From a virus (taxonomy: Duplodnaviria > Caudoviricetes): a stretch of 64,000 nucleotides of DNA. The notes beneath the pieces were generated by a model, which made no database searches, was not told the DNA's origin, and saw nothing but the letters and a program-made list of their open reading frames with translations. Positions 60,851 to 64,000 of the stretch are shown one piece after another (within the stretch, counting starts at the first letter, position 1; the number at the start of each line of letters is the position of its first letter). A program made the translations under genes and the position numbers. Location of the stretch: the IMG/VR virus record IMGVR_UViG_3300031555_001748, positions 11,376 through 75,375 of that record; one strand, given 5' to 3'.

Positions 60851-62425
60851 TTAAATAATTGTAGTCAGACTATTTCCTGATTCATCTATTAGATATACAT
60901 CTGACTCATCTGTCAAATACGCAACAACACGCTCTAAAAATTCTGTGGCATAAAAAGCCGTGGAGTCTAAATATATTGATGGAGCACCTTCTATAAATTG
61001 AACATAATGAATAGTACCATCATTATTAAAACCAAAGTAGTCATCTTCTATAAACTCTCCAGCCTTACACTCACCATTGGCATACAGATAAATGCTAGTA
61101 GCATCCCAAATCGCATATAAAGTTACAGTTCCACCGTTTTTCATGCCAGTATAACCATCACCTGCACGATAGTTTGTACCACCAGAACCACTAGGCTGAG
61201 TACTCCAATATTTGAACACATATCCCCTTTTAGTGAGTGAACAGTCTGGGATTATTGCATCTATGCCCGTTGTTTTTGTAAAGTCCTCTGGCACATCACC
61301 AAAGCCGCCATTCACATCGAAAGTTACTGTATGACTCCAAGGAGTCCAAATAGCATATAAAACAATATCTTCATCTAATATATAGTTGCTTCCAGCAGAA
61401 TAGGAAACGGTTGTTGAGTCCGCAGATAGTCCCCAGCCAGCAAAAGTGTAGCCGTTCTTGACAGGGATTGTATCTCTCAATACAAGGGTTTCACCTTTGA
61501 TTTTTATCTGAGGTATAACTTCTGAACCACCATTGGTGTTATAAGAAACATCATATAGGTTTACAGAAACAGTCCTGCTCCAAACTGCATATAAGGTGAC
61601 AGCAGCATTTGCTGTATAACTTGCTCCAGCTTTATATTCAACTGCCGTAGAAGTAGAAGAAGTTGCCCATCCCTTAAATGTATATTCAGTTAAAGTGCCA
61701 TTGTCTTCAACGGATGTTCTTATTGGTATTGTGCTGCTTAATGTTAAAGTCTTGCCATATGTTTTTGTTTGTGATGATGGAGCGCCACTACCACCGTTAG
61801 CATTATATTTTATGGTGTAAGTAATGGCTTTCCATATCGCATAAAGCGTTATGCTTGCATTAGATGTATAATTTGCACCAGCAGCATAATCTACACTTGT
61901 GTCGCTTGCAGAAGTTCCCCAACCTTGGAATGTATAGCCAGTTCTAGTTGGTTTTGTAGTTGATAATTTTAATGTTTGGTCTTTCCATTTTGTTTGTGAA
62001 CTTGGAGCGCCGCTACCACCATTAGCGTTATACTTTACAGTATAGGAAGTCCATGCAGGAACGGTCACATTAAAACTTACAGTCTTAGTTGCAGACTCAG
62101 TGACATTTCCTTGCCAATCTTCTTCGTAGTTTTTAAATGTAACAGTAATCGATTTTGTTGCAGAACCATTGCCACTAATAGAATAAGTGCCAGTAAATGA
62201 ACCGCTGCCACTGCTAGACTTCGTTCCAAATGTGTTAAGATTTACACTGCTACCACCAGATGATGCAGTCATGCCATAATTTGTTTGTGCTCCAGAATAA
62301 TATGTTTCCCAAGACGCATTAATTTTTACAGTATATTGAGTAGCAGATTTTCTTGTTACTGTTCCGCCAGTTGCGGTGATATCTAATGCGACACCAAACG
62401 GAGTCCATTTTGATACGGTTGCCAT
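60851..62425 (-). CDS. Tail protein with four InlB B-repeat (Listeria-Bacteroides repeat) domains
   Basis: 4x Y...Y.ANGG...P...GYTF.GW...LYA.W. Confidence 0.88.
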   Translation of the reverse strand: MATVSKWTPFGVALDITATGGTVTRKSATQYTVKINASWETYYSGAQTNYGMTASSGGSSVNLNTFGTKSSSGSGSFTGTYSISGNGSATKSITVTFKNYEEDWQGNVTESATKTVSFNVTVPAWTSYTVKYNANGGSGAPSSQTKWKDQTLKLSTTKPTRTGYTFQGWGTSASDTSVDYAAGANYTSNASITLYAIWKAITYTIKYNANGGSGAPSSQTKTYGKTLTLSSTIPIRTSVEDNGTLTEYTFKGWATSSTSTAVEYKAGASYTANAAVTLYAVWSRTVSVNLYDVSYNTNGGSEVIPQIKIKGETLVLRDTIPVKNGYTFAGWGLSADSTTVSYSAGSNYILDEDIVLYAIWTPWSHTVTFDVNGGFGDVPEDFTKTTGIDAIIPDCSLTKRGYVFKYWSTQPSGSGGTNYRAGDGYTGMKNGGTVTLYAIWDATSIYLYANGECKAGEFIEDDYFGFNNDGTIHYVQFIEGAPSIYLDSTAFYATEFLERVVAYLTDESDVYLIDESGNSLTTII

Positions 62426-62437
62426 TATCTATCAACC

Positions 62438-62692
62438 TCAGCTTTCTTCTATCGTTTCTTCGTCTAAGAATACGATTTCAAGAGAATCTCCAGTGGGCAC
62501 CAATTTAACTTTGGAACCTATCATCAAAGAGCCAACATTCATGCTTCCAGAAAAATCCGCATTACCATTCATTGTCATTGTTCCACTACAAGCAGGGTCA
62601 ACCATTGGCACAAAAGTGTTTTTGTTATGCTCATGTAAAGCTGACAGTGATTCAACAGTGACAACTTTATCTTTGATTTCTGCCATTACCAA
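62438..62692 (-). CDS. Small tail-region protein
   Basis: ORF with SD in the tail operon. Confidence 0.55.
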   Translation of the reverse strand: MVMAEIKDKVVTVESLSALHEHNKNTFVPMVDPACSGTMTMNGNADFSGSMNVGSLMIGSKVKLVPTGDSLEIVFLDEETIEES

Positions 62693-62714
62693 TCACCCTT
62701 TCGTAAAAAAATAA

Positions 62715-62748
62715 TGCCGACGATAGCAGTTTATTACTATCGTCGGCA
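62715..62748 (-). terminator. Intrinsic terminator
   Basis: TGCCGACGATAG/CTATCGTCGGCA with a U-tract on the minus strand. Confidence 0.85.
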
Positions 62749-62780
62749 AATATAATTAAATCTTATTTTGTTTAATAAAT

Positions 62781-63377
62781 TTATTCAGTCCATACTTTTG
62801 TAATTTGTGCAGACGGAGTACGACCATAAACTGTATCACCTGCCGCAAAGATTACAATATAATAATCCCCACTAAGCGCAGACACATTTATTTCTAAAGT
62901 ATGTTCTCCAGTTGTGGCGGCACAATCACTAACGATATTTATGCTTTCTTGTGCGTTTTTTGTAGTTGTTACGCCCAAGTAAACGGTGCCGCCCTGAGTT
63001 ATGTTAATGTTTGCATAAATTTTGGAGTATCCGTCCATAGGGATTGCATTAACAGTACCTACAATAGAAGCTCTCGTTACGCCAGAACCAGTGGTGGTAG
63101 AATAACCACCAGTGACTTGCATATGTGTGGCGTAAACATTAGAAGTAAGCACAGTATTAACACCATATGTCCATCCAGTAGCCGTCCAACCACCAGTAGT
63201 TTCAGTATATTGGTCTCCTGCATCGTACAAAACTGCCAAGTCTCGAATCACTACATTTAAGTTATCAATTTCTACCACCATTTGTTCTGGCGTTAATGAA
63301 TCTGTTTTACCAGTCTTTCTACGAATTGCATCTGCGATGTTTATAAGGCTAGTATCTTGAATTAAATATTCAGCCAT
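62781..63377 (-). CDS. Tail fibre / receptor-binding-like protein (start MAEYLIQ at 63377)
   Basis: L..IADAIR.KTG.T..L...QM...I N-terminus; beta-domain paralogous to 59596-60387. Confidence 0.65.
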   Translation of the reverse strand: MAEYLIQDTSLINIADAIRRKTGKTDSLTPEQMVVEIDNLNVVIRDLAVLYDAGDQYTETTGGWTATGWTYGVNTVLTSNVYATHMQVTGGYSTTTGSGVTRASIVGTVNAIPMDGYSKIYANINITQGGTVYLGVTTTKNAQESINIVSDCAATTGEHTLEINVSALSGDYYIVIFAAGDTVYGRTPSAQITKVWTE

Positions 63378-63550
63378 TAGAAACTCGCCTCCTCTGCGTT
63401 GGGAACGGTAGATGCAGTCCAAGTACCATTTACAACACGAAGGAATTTACCATTATCAGAAGTAGTAACAGCAGGTGTGCCAATAGCTGACATTCTTGCG
63501 ATGATGTGATTCCAAAGATGCGCAAGTCCAGTTTCGTCTAAAAATGCCAT
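63377..63550 (-). CDS. 57-aa tail-region peptide (not in the ORF track)
   Basis: MAFLDETGLAHLW...DNGKFLRVVNGTW...; SD present; TAATG overlap with the next gene. Confidence 0.7.
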   Translation of the reverse strand: MAFLDETGLAHLWNHIIARMSAIGTPAVTTSDNGKFLRVVNGTWTASTVPNAEEASF

Positions 63551-63581
63551 CTAATTTCCTCCTTTTCAAATGTTTTTAAAA

Positions 63582-64000
63582 TTACTTAAAAGTAACGGTT
63601 CTGTTATCAGTAGCAAAGTCGTAAGTTCTCAGGACACTATTAGCTCCAGTAACCGTCAAAGGAGTAGAGGAGCTTGTGTAGAACATACCATCACTACCAG
63701 CCGCATGCATATTGTAGTCTTGTACAAAGTTAGCACCAACAGTAAGGTTGGTGATACCACTCTTACGAGCGAATCTATACAAGCCTTCACTAGTTGTGAT
63801 AGCTCTAGTGTCGAAGTTGCTGATATTAAGAGTAGTAAGATTGTCACAATGGTCGAACATTTCGGACATATCATCCACCTTGGATGTGTTCCAGTTGCTC
63901 ACATTGAGCGAAGTCAGGCTAGTACAATCCATGAACATTTGATTCATGTCATCAACAGAAGCGGTATTCCACCCGCTCAAATCCAAAGCATTCAAATCAC
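63582..64000 (-). CDS. BspA/DUF285-type leucine-rich-repeat protein, C-terminal part (runs off the window)
   Basis: LDLSGWNTASV..M..MF..C..L..LN.S.W/F.T repeats. Confidence 0.85.
   Translation of the reverse strand, partial: DLNALDLSGWNTASVDDMNQMFMDCTSLTSLNVSNWNTSKVDDMSEMFDHCDNLTTLNISNFDTRAITTSEGLYRFARKSGITNLTVGANFVQDYNMHAAGSDGMFYTSSSTPLTVTGANSVLRTYDFATDNRTVTFK

Noticed and set aside
59596-63377. DGR template/variable repeat pair
   Set aside because: Similarity is at protein level only, is not adenine-specific, and no reverse transcriptase is in the window.
1-64000. Stop-codon recoding
   Set aside because: Core genes are intact under code 11, all three stops are used, and there is no suppressor tRNA.

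Overview
64 kb of a large, AT-rich tailed phage genome, probably temperate and infecting Clostridia/Lachnospiraceae (inferred from sigma-A promoters, Firmicute-type SD sites and gene families). Its replication-block gene order resembles SPbeta-like phages. From left to right: (1) 1-18.3 kb is a dense + strand array of small accessory ORFs; (2) a tyrosine-recombinase-fold protein lacking catalytic residues (MrpR/YopR-like), a 3D-domain protein, IscS and an NDT-like enzyme; (3) a replication/nucleotide block (SSB-like protein, AAA ATPase, DnaB, primase, PD-(D/E)XK nuclease, DnaE, RecD2, LigA, NrdJ, dUTPase, ThyA, Gmk) interrupted by two HNH genes and an accessory island carrying yhhQ plus a TGT/DpdA-like gene; (4) 13 tRNAs, 12 with U34, behind three tandem promoters, with two unexplained structured spacers; (5) a large serine integrase module; (6) the convergent end of the tail region. 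The main finding is a repeated site, TAAAA-N6-TTTTA, with at least 38 exact intergenic copies counted by eye. It extends to a quasi-symmetric 11-6-11 consensus, ACCACTTAAAA-N6-TTTTAAGWGGT. It sits almost only at boundaries of accessory genes. Its left arm often supplies the upstream stop codon and its right arm is the downstream Shine-Dalgarno. This is tyrosine-recombinase core-site geometry and suggests an integron/pdif-like gene-cassette system in a phage, but no active recombinase for it is visible in this window. A second motif (TAAC-N7-GTTATATA) marks core-gene promoters, and tandem NrdR-like boxes are also present. All family calls come from motif reading, not database searches.
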